Below, piece after piece: positions 1 to 8,487 of a stretch of DNA of 32,975 nt. Source of the stretch: a virus (lineage: Duplodnaviria; Caudoviricetes); IMG/VR virus record IMGVR_UViG_3300045580_000406, positions 1 to 32,975 of that record, one strand, 5' to 3'. The notes below the pieces were generated by a model that worked only from the letters and a program-made list of their open reading frames with translations, searched no databases and was not told the origin of the DNA. The position numbers and the translations under genes are program-made. How positions within the stretch are numbered: position 1 is the first letter of the stretch; every line of letters begins with the position of its first letter.

Positions 1-2
1 AA

Positions 3-188
3 ACTCAGGAGTTACTCGCAGCCGCCTGTAAAGGAAGTGCATCAACTCTTGAGATAACTAGAGCACTCAATGCCGATGGAATCGAAGTCCGTCGTGAGCA
101 TGTCGGTGAAAAGCGCCGTTGTTTTATGGCAACGAGCCCGAATTGCTGTTTGGAACGTAATAGAGCCGCACAAGAAGAGAGCAAATAA
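3..188 (+). CDS. hypothetical protein, 5'-truncated
   Basis: Open frame from the window edge (TQELLAAACKG...QEESK*); its TAA overlaps the next ATG (TAATG at 186-190). Confidence 0.6.
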   Translation, partial: TQELLAAACKGSASTLEITRALNADGIEVRREHVGEKRRCFMATSPNCCLERNRAAQEESK

Positions 189-1372
189 TGGGGACAGTAA
201 ATAAAAAAGCAAAAAATAGTTCTTTGAAAAACCTTGTCGAAGAAGTCGACAAGACCAAACATAACGAAAAACTTCTTGGGGATATTGCCGAGATGCTTCG
301 TTCAAAGAACATTGATCTTTCGTCAATTGGTCGTGTGAAGAATGTTTCGATGTATCAAACGATTACAAAGAATGATGAGGGGGAGGCTGAGGTCCATAAC
401 CTTCAAGCAATTCAGTTCTCGCCATCTTGGGAGACTGGACCAGAGTGGCCTGTCGTCCAGCAAGGACCGGCAATACAACTACAAAAGCCAACGACAAAAC
501 CAAAGAGTAAGGGCAAGTTCAAAACGGCAATTATCGTCCCTGATATACAGTTCGGTTACTTCCGTAATCGCGAGGGAAAGCTTGAAGAAACACACGACGA
601 GAAAGCGATTTCCCTCGCCCTTCAGGTGATTGAAGACGCCAATCCTGATCTAGTTGTATGCGTTGGCGACAATCTTGATCTTCCGGAAATGGGTAAATAC
701 ATCACCTACCCTGCCTATGCGCAGACAACTCAAGCAACAATTGACAGGGCAACTGTGTTTTGTGCCGAAATGCGTAGGGCCGCACCAAACGCCAAGATTA
801 TTTGGCTTGCAGGAAACCATGAAGAGCGCATGCCAAAGTATCTTGTGCAGAACGCAGGTGCGGCTTATGGTCTTCGTAGGGGCAACGAGCCAGCCTCTTG
901 GCCAGTTTTAAGCGTTCCGTTCCTATGTCGGATGGATGATTTTAATGTGGAGTACCGTCCTGGGTATCCGGCAGCCGACCTGTGGATAAACGAGAAGCTT
1001 CGTGTTATACACGGCGACCGCGTAAAGTCGTCAGGATCCACTGCGCACATGTATCTGAACGCTGAGAAGACTTCAGTGATATACGGACATATCCACAGGA
1101 TTGAGATGGCACTGAAAACCCGTGAGGACTACGACGGTCCACGGACGATCATGGCCGCCAGCCCTGGGTGTCTTGCACGAATCGACGGTGCGATTCCGTC
1201 AACTAGGGGAGGGGTGGACCTTGACGGACGCCCATTGACGCGCCACGAGAACTGGCAACAGGGTCTTGGTGTCGTAACCTATGAGGACTCGGGAAACCAT
1301 AAGTTTGCTTATGAGAACATCACGATATACAATGGTTGGGCAATGTGGCGAGGTAAGGAATACCTCGGCTAG
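188..1372 (+). CDS. calcineurin-like metallophosphoesterase
   Basis: 394 aa with the ordered motifs PDIQ, GDNLD, GNHE, HGD, GHIH. Confidence 0.85.
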   Translation: MGTVNKKAKNSSLKNLVEEVDKTKHNEKLLGDIAEMLRSKNIDLSSIGRVKNVSMYQTITKNDEGEAEVHNLQAIQFSPSWETGPEWPVVQQGPAIQLQKPTTKPKSKGKFKTAIIVPDIQFGYFRNREGKLEETHDEKAISLALQVIEDANPDLVVCVGDNLDLPEMGKYITYPAYAQTTQATIDRATVFCAEMRRAAPNAKIIWLAGNHEERMPKYLVQNAGAAYGLRRGNEPASWPVLSVPFLCRMDDFNVEYRPGYPAADLWINEKLRVIHGDRVKSSGSTAHMYLNAEKTSVIYGHIHRIEMALKTREDYDGPRTIMAASPGCLARIDGAIPSTRGGVDLDGRPLTRHENWQQGLGVVTYEDSGNHKFAYENITIYNGWAMWRGKEYLG

Positions 1373-1382
1373 AAAGGGTCAC

Positions 1383-1625
1383 ATGCAGGAAGAACCTTGG
1401 AACCTTCCCTACGAGGGTGGTGAACATTCCGAATACGAAGAGTACGAGGACTTTGGCGACGAATTGCCTGAATGGTTTGAAACCGCGTTTAACGACATGA
1501 TCCTTGACGGGTTAATTGAGATTGTGGCGATAAACCCGGATGGTAAGTGGATGTATCAGGTATCTGCAAAAGGCAAAGAGTACATAGAGACTTACGGAAC
1601 TCTAAGCGGCGACGATAAGCTGTAA
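1383..1625 (+). CDS. acidic hypothetical protein with winged-helix-like C-terminus
   Basis: RBS GAAAGGG before ATG 1383; C-terminal half paralogous to 1645-1812. Confidence 0.7.
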   Translation: MQEEPWNLPYEGGEHSEYEEYEDFGDELPEWFETAFNDMILDGLIEIVAINPDGKWMYQVSAKGKEYIETYGTLSGDDKL

Positions 1626-1644
1626 AGAAGCGAAAGGGATAATC

Positions 1645-1812
1645 ATGGACGAAGACAACGTACAGGAACTCAATCAGATTCAGATAGATTTACAAGAGCT
1701 GATGAAGGTAGGACTAGTCGACATCATCGGGATAAACGAGGAGGGCGAATGGCTCTATGGTTTAACAGAAGAAGGTCGAAAAGTGACCCAAGGCTTATTC
1801 GATGCCAATTAA
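1645..1812 (+). CDS. small hypothetical protein (55 aa), paralog of 1383-1625
   Basis: Not in ORF track; RBS GAAAGGGA; MDEDNVQELNQIQIDLQELMKVGLVDIIGINEEGEWLYGLTEEGRKVTQGLFDAN. Confidence 0.7.
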   Translation: MDEDNVQELNQIQIDLQELMKVGLVDIIGINEEGEWLYGLTEEGRKVTQGLFDAN

Positions 1813-2005
1813 GGATCCTGAAAAAAGAAAGGCGTATCAGCGCTACCAAAGCGCGAAACGCTATGGTCCAAAGCGCAGAGAGTACGAACGCCAGCGAAAG
1901 CGCAGAAAGCGCCGAGAGCTTTACGAGTCATACCCAGAACCGGAGCGATCAATAGCCCTTGCCCGTCTGCGTGGGCCGTACGACATTGAGTTCAATAGGT
2001 ACTAG
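1802..2005 (+). CDS. basic hypothetical protein
   Basis: 67 aa, R/K-rich, overlaps the upstream stop. Confidence 0.55.
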   Translation: MPIKDPEKRKAYQRYQSAKRYGPKRREYERQRKRRKRRELYESYPEPERSIALARLRGPYDIEFNRY

Positions 2006-2097
2006 TAGTAAAGAAAACATCGATTTTCTGAACTATAGATATTAATTACACTTTTTAATTGACACTTTATTAATTTTTTTGTGCTTTAGTTGTCTTC

Positions 2098-2757
2098 GTG
2101 ACAACAATCGTAGGACTACAGGGAGACGGCTTTGCGGTAGTTTGCGTCGACTCGCGCGTCTCCGAACCGGGAAGAGTGGGCACACTAAGAGAAGGCTCAA
2201 CAAAAGTTGCTGTAAATGGGAAATACCTTTTAGGTGCAGCAGGTGACGTAAGAGCAATAAACATCCTGCATTATGCGTTCAATCCGCCGGCCCCACCACC
2301 AAACCTCAAAGGCCGCAAGCTAGACGAGTTTATTACCCAAAAGTTCATTCCAGCATTGCGCGAATGTTTTGAAACACAAGGCTATGCGAGCCCTGATTCT
2401 AATGAAGAAAAGCGCCACATTGCCGAGCATGATTCAACAATATTAGTTGTCATCAACGGCGTCATCTACATCATAGATGGAGACTATGCCTGGAGCGCAG
2501 AAGCAAATGGTCATTACGCCATAGGAAGCGGATCAGACTATGCACTAGGGGCATTAACAGCAATACTCCCATACTCCAAGTTTGATATAGCTTCAGCTCG
2601 TAAAGCAGGAATGAAAGCATTGGGGGTAGCAGCAAAGTTCGATCCAGACACAGGATCACCTTTCCACTGGTTCTTGCAGGAGTCAGCACAGACAGTCAAG
2701 AATGTCGTAAAGAAGGCATCTCCAAACAAAAATACCCGGAGGAAAGTTGGTAAATAA
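2098..2757 (+). CDS. Ntn-hydrolase, HslV/proteasome beta-subunit-like protease
   Basis: N-terminal MTTIVG (catalytic Thr), DSRVS, KV, AIGSGSDYALGAL. Confidence 0.8.
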   Translation: MTTIVGLQGDGFAVVCVDSRVSEPGRVGTLREGSTKVAVNGKYLLGAAGDVRAINILHYAFNPPAPPPNLKGRKLDEFITQKFIPALRECFETQGYASPDSNEEKRHIAEHDSTILVVINGVIYIIDGDYAWSAEANGHYAIGSGSDYALGALTAILPYSKFDIASARKAGMKALGVAAKFDPDTGSPFHWFLQESAQTVKNVVKKASPNKNTRRKVGK

Positions 2758-3079
2758 AAATACTAAAACAAATATACCTGTACAGGCAGAAGAGATGTCT
2801 ATACATGATTCTGCTTGGATGGAACAAGCAGCATGCAAAGGAAAGACAAAACTAATGTTCCCCAAAGAACATAAGGACATCACCTACATAGCCCAAGCAC
2901 GAATGGTATGTAAAGGATGCGAAGTAAGAGAACCATGCTTAGAGTACGCACTGCAATATCCACCCGCAGATATGCACGGTGTATGGGCCGGATTAACCTC
3001 AAGACAACTAGCAGCAGAACAAAGAAAAAGAGGAATCAAACCCACCAAACCAACACTCGCACAAATGTGGGGTGACTAA
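2747..3079 (+). CDS. whiB: WhiB-family transcription factor
   Basis: WMEQAACKG, CxxC, fourth Cys, GVWAG; true start may be ATG 2795. Confidence 0.9.
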   Translation: MVNKNTKTNIPVQAEEMSIHDSAWMEQAACKGKTKLMFPKEHKDITYIAQARMVCKGCEVREPCLEYALQYPPADMHGVWAGLTSRQLAAEQRKRGIKPTKPTLAQMWGD

Positions 3080-3156
3080 ATGACCCTCCCAGGAATGCCC
3101 TGCAGATGCAACCCATTCATCCCGGCAACACTATGTGGGGATAAAGAAGAAGACGA

Positions 3157-3657
3157 CTAAACCTGACGCGCCTTCAACCAAGAAACCAGCTCACTAAACG
3201 GTTTCAATAAAGACTTATCGCACGTAAACCAGGTGTCATTAATCTTCCTAATACGATCAAACTTATACACCCGACCCCATTGCGACTGGGTAGAAACAGG
3301 GACAACCAAAATAGAACCCGTAAATTGGCTCACAATACACACAGCCAAAGGGCGCGGATCCTTAAAACCCCAACCAGAAACAGTATCTACAAACGCCGAA
3401 TCCATTGGAAAAGAGCGAGGGGAATCAGAAAATCGAAGACGCCGAGACTTAACCTCAATACAACCAGCCATCCCAGTAAGAACCACATCCTTCTCATTCC
3501 GAAACTCCTTAATCTCCTCTTTAGTAGCAGCCTTCCGCATCTCGGTCGCATAACAAGGAATCTCGTTTTCATTCAACTTAGCTGCCACATATTCAGCCCA
3601 AGAATGGCCAATCTCCAGCTCGCTAAAGAACAATTCCTGATTATTACCCCATTCCAC
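3157..3657 (-). CDS. putative PD-(D/E)xK nuclease-fold protein
   Basis: KDVVL...IEVKSR motif in a 166-aa ORF. Confidence 0.6.
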   Translation of the reverse strand: MEWGNNQELFFSELEIGHSWAEYVAAKLNENEIPCYATEMRKAATKEEIKEFRNEKDVVLTGMAGCIEVKSRRLRFSDSPRSFPMDSAFVDTVSGWGFKDPRPLAVCIVSQFTGSILVVPVSTQSQWGRVYKFDRIRKINDTWFTCDKSLLKPFSELVSWLKARQV

Positions 3658-3661
3658 AAAA

Positions 3662-4006
3662 TCAGCTTATCCGAATATTACAAGTTTCACAAAACTCCAT
3701 ACCACCTACAAGCCGCAACTTCATCTCACACTCAGACTTCCCACAAGGCTTCATCAACTTGACACCCGTAAAATAAGCCCGAAGCTCCTCGGCAGGAGTA
3801 GGAATCTGAAACTGGGCAGACCCAGGATCCGGCAAACCCTTCTCATTCAACATGAAAACATAAATCGCATACAGAATAAAGTCCGAAACAGACATATCCA
3901 GCTTACGAGCAAACTCAATAATCTCGTTCTTCTCCCGCCCCTTGACCCGCAAAACAATATTTACGAAACTGTCAAGATGCCGAACCTTACGAGCCTTACG
4001 CCCCAT
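3662..4006 (-). CDS. ribbon-helix-helix protein with C-terminal Cys cluster
   Basis: IVLRVKGREKNEIIEFARKLDMSVSDFI (RHH pattern); CGKSEC and CETC. Confidence 0.65.
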   Translation of the reverse strand: MGRKARKVRHLDSFVNIVLRVKGREKNEIIEFARKLDMSVSDFILYAIYVFMLNEKGLPDPGSAQFQIPTPAEELRAYFTGVKLMKPCGKSECEMKLRLVGGMEFCETCNIRIS

Positions 4007-4163
4007 CCCGCTCAACCAAAGTACGGAGATACTCCGTCAAAGTCATATCGTACGCAGCAGCCTGAGCCATCAAACGCTTCTTAAACTCCGCAGGAACACG
4101 AAGAGTGATAGTAGAAAAATCCTTAGAAGGCTCAATCGGGGGACGACCCACATTCCGTTTCAT
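3996..4163 (-). CDS. small ribbon-helix-helix DNA-binding protein (55 aa)
   Basis: Not in ORF track; MKRNVGRPPIEPSKDFSTITLRVPAEFKKRLMAQAAAYDMTLTEYLRTLVERDGA. Confidence 0.75.
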   Translation of the reverse strand: MKRNVGRPPIEPSKDFSTITLRVPAEFKKRLMAQAAAYDMTLTEYLRTLVERDGA

Positions 4164-4283
4164 GACCAGAACCTAGCACAACCCAGAAACAAAGAAGAAA
4201 AAAGGGGGAAAAAGTTCGCGCTCGCGGTCTTTTTTTGAAAATTTTGAACTTTTGTCATTGGCTTGTGGCCGGCTTTGGGGTGG

Positions 4284-4739
4284 TTAGATCTTGTAGAGGT
4301 TGCGCTCGTATTTGCGTACGGCGTCTTCGTATACGGCTTCGAACCGTTTTTGGTCGTACTGTGCGTTCATGCTGTACTTGGCGTCTCCGAGGGCGTCCAT
4401 GGTTTTTTGTAGGCACTCGTGTACGTCTATTGGTGTGTGCATACCGGAGTTGGCATTGCTGATGAGGGTAAGGAATGTTGCCCAAGCAATGTGGGGTAAC
4501 GGTGGTGGGGTTACTTTTGTACGGGTATTTATTAATGCCTTTCGGAGTTCCATTACTTTTGGCATGTACTCTGATTGCATAGATAAATCTCTGAAAGATT
4601 TTTTGGCGTCTTCTAGTTCGAAGTCTTTTACATAGGGGTACCAGGCGGCACCGATCTCTACTTCGTCTTTGCGGATGAGTGTTTTGTCGTATGTGTGGTG
4701 TGCGAGCCGGACAAGCTCTAAGCATTCTTCCTTGGTCAT
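4284..4739 (-). CDS. putative helicase loader/inhibitor (SPP1 G39P-like)
   Basis: MTKEECLEL...AWY..VKDF...YMPKVMELR pattern; directly downstream of an initiator-like gene. Confidence 0.6.
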   Translation of the reverse strand: MTKEECLELVRLAHHTYDKTLIRKDEVEIGAAWYPYVKDFELEDAKKSFRDLSMQSEYMPKVMELRKALINTRTKVTPPPLPHIAWATFLTLISNANSGMHTPIDVHECLQKTMDALGDAKYSMNAQYDQKRFEAVYEDAVRKYERNLYKI

Positions 4740-5165
4740 CTAGGAAGCATAGCCATTGAAGCGCTCTACATTTTCACCATTCCTGAAGATGAGGCCGAGC
4801 GAGTTGTATATGACTTTCTGTTTGTTGCGGCCCATGTGGAAGTCTGAGTAGCTGCAGCCAGAGATTGCGTCTTTGCAGAAGTCGATTCCGTAATCTGCGA
4901 TGGCAGCCCCGATGAGGAGTCTGGTTTTCTCTGAGAGGGTGGGGCGCTTTGTCTTCCCCATGGTTTCCATCCAGTGGGTGATGACGTCTTCGATGTCTAG
5001 GGTTTTGACGTCCCGATTTTTTCGTCGTAAAGCTGACATCCGTTCTTCGACCTTTTTATTCGGCCGGCGGGCTTTCCTCTTCTCGTTGTCTCCGCTGTCA
5101 TCGGAAGGGAAGAGTTCGGTTGGTTCATCTTCTGGAAGCATATGGTAAACCTCTGGTTGGCTCAA
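4740..5165 (-). CDS. putative phage replication initiator-like protein (C-terminal-type domain)
   Basis: VITHW...AIADYG...AISG..SDFHMGRN...LIFRN..NVERF pattern; abuts the G39P-like gene; start uncertain. Confidence 0.55.
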   Translation of the reverse strand: MSQPEVYHMLPEDEPTELFPSDDSGDNEKRKARRPNKKVEERMSALRRKNRDVKTLDIEDVITHWMETMGKTKRPTLSEKTRLLIGAAIADYGIDFCKDAISGCSYSDFHMGRNKQKVIYNSLGLIFRNGENVERFNGYAS

Positions 5166-5390
5166 ACTTTGGAGGGGGGTCTGGGGGGAACCTTTTGCAC
5201 TTTTTAGTTTTTGTGCAGCAGGAACTAGACCCCAAATTTTTGGCGGTGTTTCGTAGGAGTTTGTAGGTCGTTGCGCAAACGATTTATGCGGCTGTAAAGG
5301 TAGCAGCTCTCTTGCCGGCTTCCACCAGCTTTTAAAAAATTTTTTTAGAAAGTTACATAAAAGTTACATTGGCTTTAGTATGCTTATCTC

Positions 5391-5513
5391 ATCGTGTGAT
5401 GGGTCCCCTTTCCCCTGTCACCCGATGCAATACCGCCCTCGGGTTGAGCTTGCGAAGTTAGGTTAAGTAGGTGGCCTGGTTTCTTATCTCGCTCCCCGAG
5501 GGCATTTTTGTTT
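5391..5513 (+). ncRNA. candidate structured small RNA
   Basis: TATGCT -10 at 5379-5384; stem 5391-5403/5414-5426; stem GCCCTCGGG 5435-5443/CCCGAGGGC 5495-5503 followed by ATTTTTGTTT; no + strand CDS here. Confidence 0.5.
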
Positions 5514-5527
5514 CTCTTCCACCACCG

Positions 5528-6040
5528 TTACGGCTTTAGTTCGTAGAAAAAAGTTCCGGCCTCTACCATCATTCCGATACAGCAGTAACCGATCACATCC
5601 AGAATGTTGTCCATGATGGATTCGTTTTCTGGATCCTGTCCAGATTTTGACAAGTTCTCCAGGCGCGCAATCTTGTCGTGCACTCGGACCAGGAGCCCTT
5701 GACGGCCGAAGCGTCCAATGTTCTCGTGTCCGTAGTCGCGCTGCTTGCGGCAGAGCAGTTCAGATAATTCTGTAGACGCACGTGTGATCGACGATGACAT
5801 GCCCCGTTGTTCAGCTATGCCGGCAGCTATCGAACCTAGTGTTAACCAGTCGGAGAAGACGGCGTCCGGGAATACTTCGTCCATGGTCGCTTTTCCCGCT
5901 GTCATCCACCACCGTGTAAGCATCGCATCGAACCAGCCGCGCAATTCTGCGAGCTCCGGTATGTGTCCCTCTTCAGCAATGTGTGCTCGCCTGGTGAAGA
6001 TGGCAATTGAAAATGCATAAGCAGAATCATTCCAGTACAT
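5528..6040 (-). CDS. DUF1599 / nucleotide-modification-associated domain 1 protein
   Basis: RKQRDYG...VRVHDKIARLENL...ESIMDNILDVIGY. Confidence 0.75.
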   Translation of the reverse strand: MYWNDSAYAFSIAIFTRRAHIAEEGHIPELAELRGWFDAMLTRWWMTAGKATMDEVFPDAVFSDWLTLGSIAAGIAEQRGMSSSITRASTELSELLCRKQRDYGHENIGRFGRQGLLVRVHDKIARLENLSKSGQDPENESIMDNILDVIGYCCIGMMVEAGTFFYELKP

Positions 6041-6062
6041 AATGTCCCTTTCCTATTTAGTG

Positions 6063-6443
6063 TTAAATCAGTTTTTGTGGTGGGTTCTCTTCGTATTCGC
6101 GGCCGGCTTCCTGGGATGCAAGTTCAAGGAACATTTCCCACGCAGTTTCTTGCATTTCTTCTCCTGGAATTAACGCAATTTTGTCTGCCATCTCCTGAAT
6201 AAATTCACGAGAGAATGCTGCCAGGACCATGTTCTCTTCAGCCCCGGGGAAGATGATTGGGCCGGCGTCGTCGTCGATTGATTTACCTGGGACAACAATC
6301 CCCTTGATCAAGAGGCCATCGACACTTTTGGCAACAAACAAGATGTCTGGATCGGCAGCGACCATGCGCATGTGTTCCTCTGCTTCACCCGGGTACTCCT
6401 CGTCAAAGTTTCTCCCTATGACCATGCGCTTGCCTTTTCTCAT
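6063..6443 (-). CDS. acidic hypothetical protein
   Basis: 126-aa ORF, co-oriented and tightly packed with 5528-6040. Confidence 0.65.
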   Translation of the reverse strand: MRKGKRMVIGRNFDEEYPGEAEEHMRMVAADPDILFVAKSVDGLLIKGIVVPGKSIDDDAGPIIFPGAEENMVLAAFSREFIQEMADKIALIPGEEMQETAWEMFLELASQEAGREYEENPPQKLI

Positions 6444-6560
6444 TGCTTTCCACCACCGTAGCAGCTTGAGCTATGTGTAAATAGATTTGTGAATATAAAT
6501 TTTAAAATTTCTTTCGGATTTTCACACTTCATAATTATTACTTCCACTATTGTACGCGCT

Positions 6561-6929
6561 ATGGACAACAACACCAGATTCAACACTTATAAAACAGCAC
6601 TTATTCAATTCACTTCTCGCGAAGGGCATTGCAATGTTCCTGCTGCCCATTCGGAAATTGTCGATGGACGTGAGATCAACCTTGGCGCATGGGTTGGGTA
6701 CATGCGGCAGCGGCGGAAGAAGGGCCTGCTTCCTCAGCCCCGAATCGAAGAGCTTGAATCTATCGCCGGATGGCAGTGGGGTCCGCTCAAGCCTGGTCCA
6801 GCGACGAACGTTAAGCGCAACTCTTTGATACTTGATCTTCGAAGCAGCGGACAATCGCTGCGTCAAATTGCGGATCAATTTGAACTTAGCCGGCAGCGCG
6901 TGCACCAGATTGTTGGTAAGAATGTCTAA
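6561..6929 (+). CDS. helicase-associated (HA) domain fused to HTH
   Basis: EGHCNVP...LGAWV..MR..RKKGLL...RIEELE...W (HA); SLRQIADQFELSRQRVHQI (HTH); TATTGT 7 nt before ATG 6561. Confidence 0.75.
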   Translation: MDNNTRFNTYKTALIQFTSREGHCNVPAAHSEIVDGREINLGAWVGYMRQRRKKGLLPQPRIEELESIAGWQWGPLKPGPATNVKRNSLILDLRSSGQSLRQIADQFELSRQRVHQIVGKNV

Positions 6930-7161
6930 GCCATGGCCTGCTCCTAGCAACGAGTATCGCGGCTTGAGTAAACCACACGTTGTCGCTGGCTTTCTCACTT
7001 GGGGAATCACGAACTGTGTGTATACAACGCTGGCCTTCATTGCCTTGAAGACTCTTCGCGACACTGACGTAGTGAGCTTCTCGTTCACGTGGCGCCAGGT
7101 TGGTCTCGTGGTCACCGCTGCGCAATTTGCGCGAGTGTGGGACCGTGCATTAATGCGATAA
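6922..7161 (+). CDS. putative membrane protein
   Basis: ATG overlaps the end of the upstream gene; two hydrophobic segments. Confidence 0.55.
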   Translation: MSKPWPAPSNEYRGLSKPHVVAGFLTWGITNCVYTTLAFIALKTLRDTDVVSFSFTWRQVGLVVTAAQFARVWDRALMR

Positions 7162-7291
7162 GTGGAGATCCACCCTCCGGTCAGAAAGGATGAAAAACAC
7201 CGGAGGGCGGCATCTCCCACCAGGCAACCACTCCTGGTGCCGGCACTCAGGATGCCGGACGATTTGACAGTAGCACTAGTACGTAGTGCTC

Positions 7292-7798
7292 TCACGAAGC
7301 TTTGTCATTTTCTTTATCGGCCTTAGGATCCCGAACCTCCCATAGGCCCTTCTTGATCTTTCGAAACGACGGCGACGTCTGGAGATATTTGAGAGTCGTC
7401 GGATATGAAAAACCGCTCAGCTCAGTTAGCTCCTCGGTCGTGAATTGTTCGAATAGATGACTCTTCGACCACCGTAGGAATGCATCCCACTTGTCCGCAC
7501 GCTTCTCTGTCTTCAGCTCGCTTTGAACGTCTTCGACATCCAGGTCGACGCCGCAGTACTCGGCGACCACGTCAGCAATGACGTCCTCGGGAATGTTGTA
7601 AAACACAAGGTGCGCGACCGGTGAGCCCTTGCCTTCCCAGCCCTGCAGGCAATACAGCGCCCGCAGCTTTGTGGAAATTGCGTAAGCTTTTTCAGACGGA
7701 ACTTTAAATTTGCTGCCGTATTCCAGTTCAGCTTCCTGCCACATCATGGCATTCACCTGATCGATGTGCGTCTCTGTGATCTTCTTCTTTAAAGCCAT
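7292..7798 (-). CDS. hypothetical protein with wHTH-like C-terminus
   Basis: FTTEELTELSGFSYPTTLKYL...IKKGLWEV; RBS AAGGA; promoter at 7850-7878. Confidence 0.7.
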   Translation of the reverse strand: MALKKKITETHIDQVNAMMWQEAELEYGSKFKVPSEKAYAISTKLRALYCLQGWEGKGSPVAHLVFYNIPEDVIADVVAEYCGVDLDVEDVQSELKTEKRADKWDAFLRWSKSHLFEQFTTEELTELSGFSYPTTLKYLQTSPSFRKIKKGLWEVRDPKADKENDKAS

Positions 7799-8041
7799 AG
7801 ATAATCCTTGGTGGTTGTAGGGTATAACTGTGCAGTATGCACGTGAATAAATCTATCTGATATCCAGATGGATGACAACCTCTCAACCAGGGAATTCCCA
7901 TGGATCTGGGGCCGGCCGGCATTGCAGCCCCGCCGCGCATCCGGATGTATCTGCTTATTGCTATTAGTAGCAAATACATAAGGTCTTTCCTCCACCGTCA
8001 TCATTTTCTATACGTGCCGGCCAGGCGTATCTGCCGCCCCG

Positions 8042-8299
8042 TCATCCAGATTGCCCTTCTTCGTTCTGGCCGTCACTCCACGCGTCCATAAGTGCGCCAT
8101 GAATGAGAACCCACATCTGTCGATTCATATGTTCGTAGCCTTCTTCGCGGTCGAATTCTGCAACAGCATGTGACCACGCTTCAACAGACGGATCCTCTCC
8201 ATCAGGATCTTCGAAGAGTTCACGAGTCCACCACGCAATACAAATCTCATCATCAGGCTTGTACGTGGAGAGGAGCTCAATTGCGTCCCGCACTTTCAT
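8042..8299 (-). CDS. hypothetical protein
   Basis: 85 aa; start overlaps the upstream stop. Confidence 0.7.
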   Translation of the reverse strand: MKVRDAIELLSTYKPDDEICIAWWTRELFEDPDGEDPSVEAWSHAVAEFDREEGYEHMNRQMWVLIHGALMDAWSDGQNEEGQSG

Positions 8300-8487
8300 T
8301 TACGTACCCCCATGTAGTGGTCTACGACCGCGGCAAGATGTGTCGATTTGTCCAAGAGAGATTGAGGAATGAGGCCGTCGTTTAGGACAGCCTCTTCCTC
8401 TTCTGTTATCTCCGAGTCTTGAACGATGAAGGCACCTTCAACTTCGAAGACTCTGTCTGATTCTGGGTGAAGCACGTAGATGGTCAT
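8296..8487 (-). CDS. hypothetical protein
   Basis: ATGA-type overlaps on both sides. Confidence 0.6.
   Translation of the reverse strand: MTIYVLHPESDRVFEVEGAFIVQDSEITEEEEAVLNDGLIPQSLLDKSTHLAAVVDHYMGVRK

Noticed and set aside
4255-4725. 156-aa R-rich minus-strand ORF
   Set aside because: Alternate frame of the G39P-like gene, favoured by the local compositional skew
5322-5329. E. coli Chi site GCTGGTGG on the minus strand
   Set aside because: Single noticed occurrence; not relevant to a probable actinobacterial host
6522-7295. 257-aa minus-strand ORF
   Set aside because: Antisense shadow of the HA-HTH and membrane genes; no recognisable motifs
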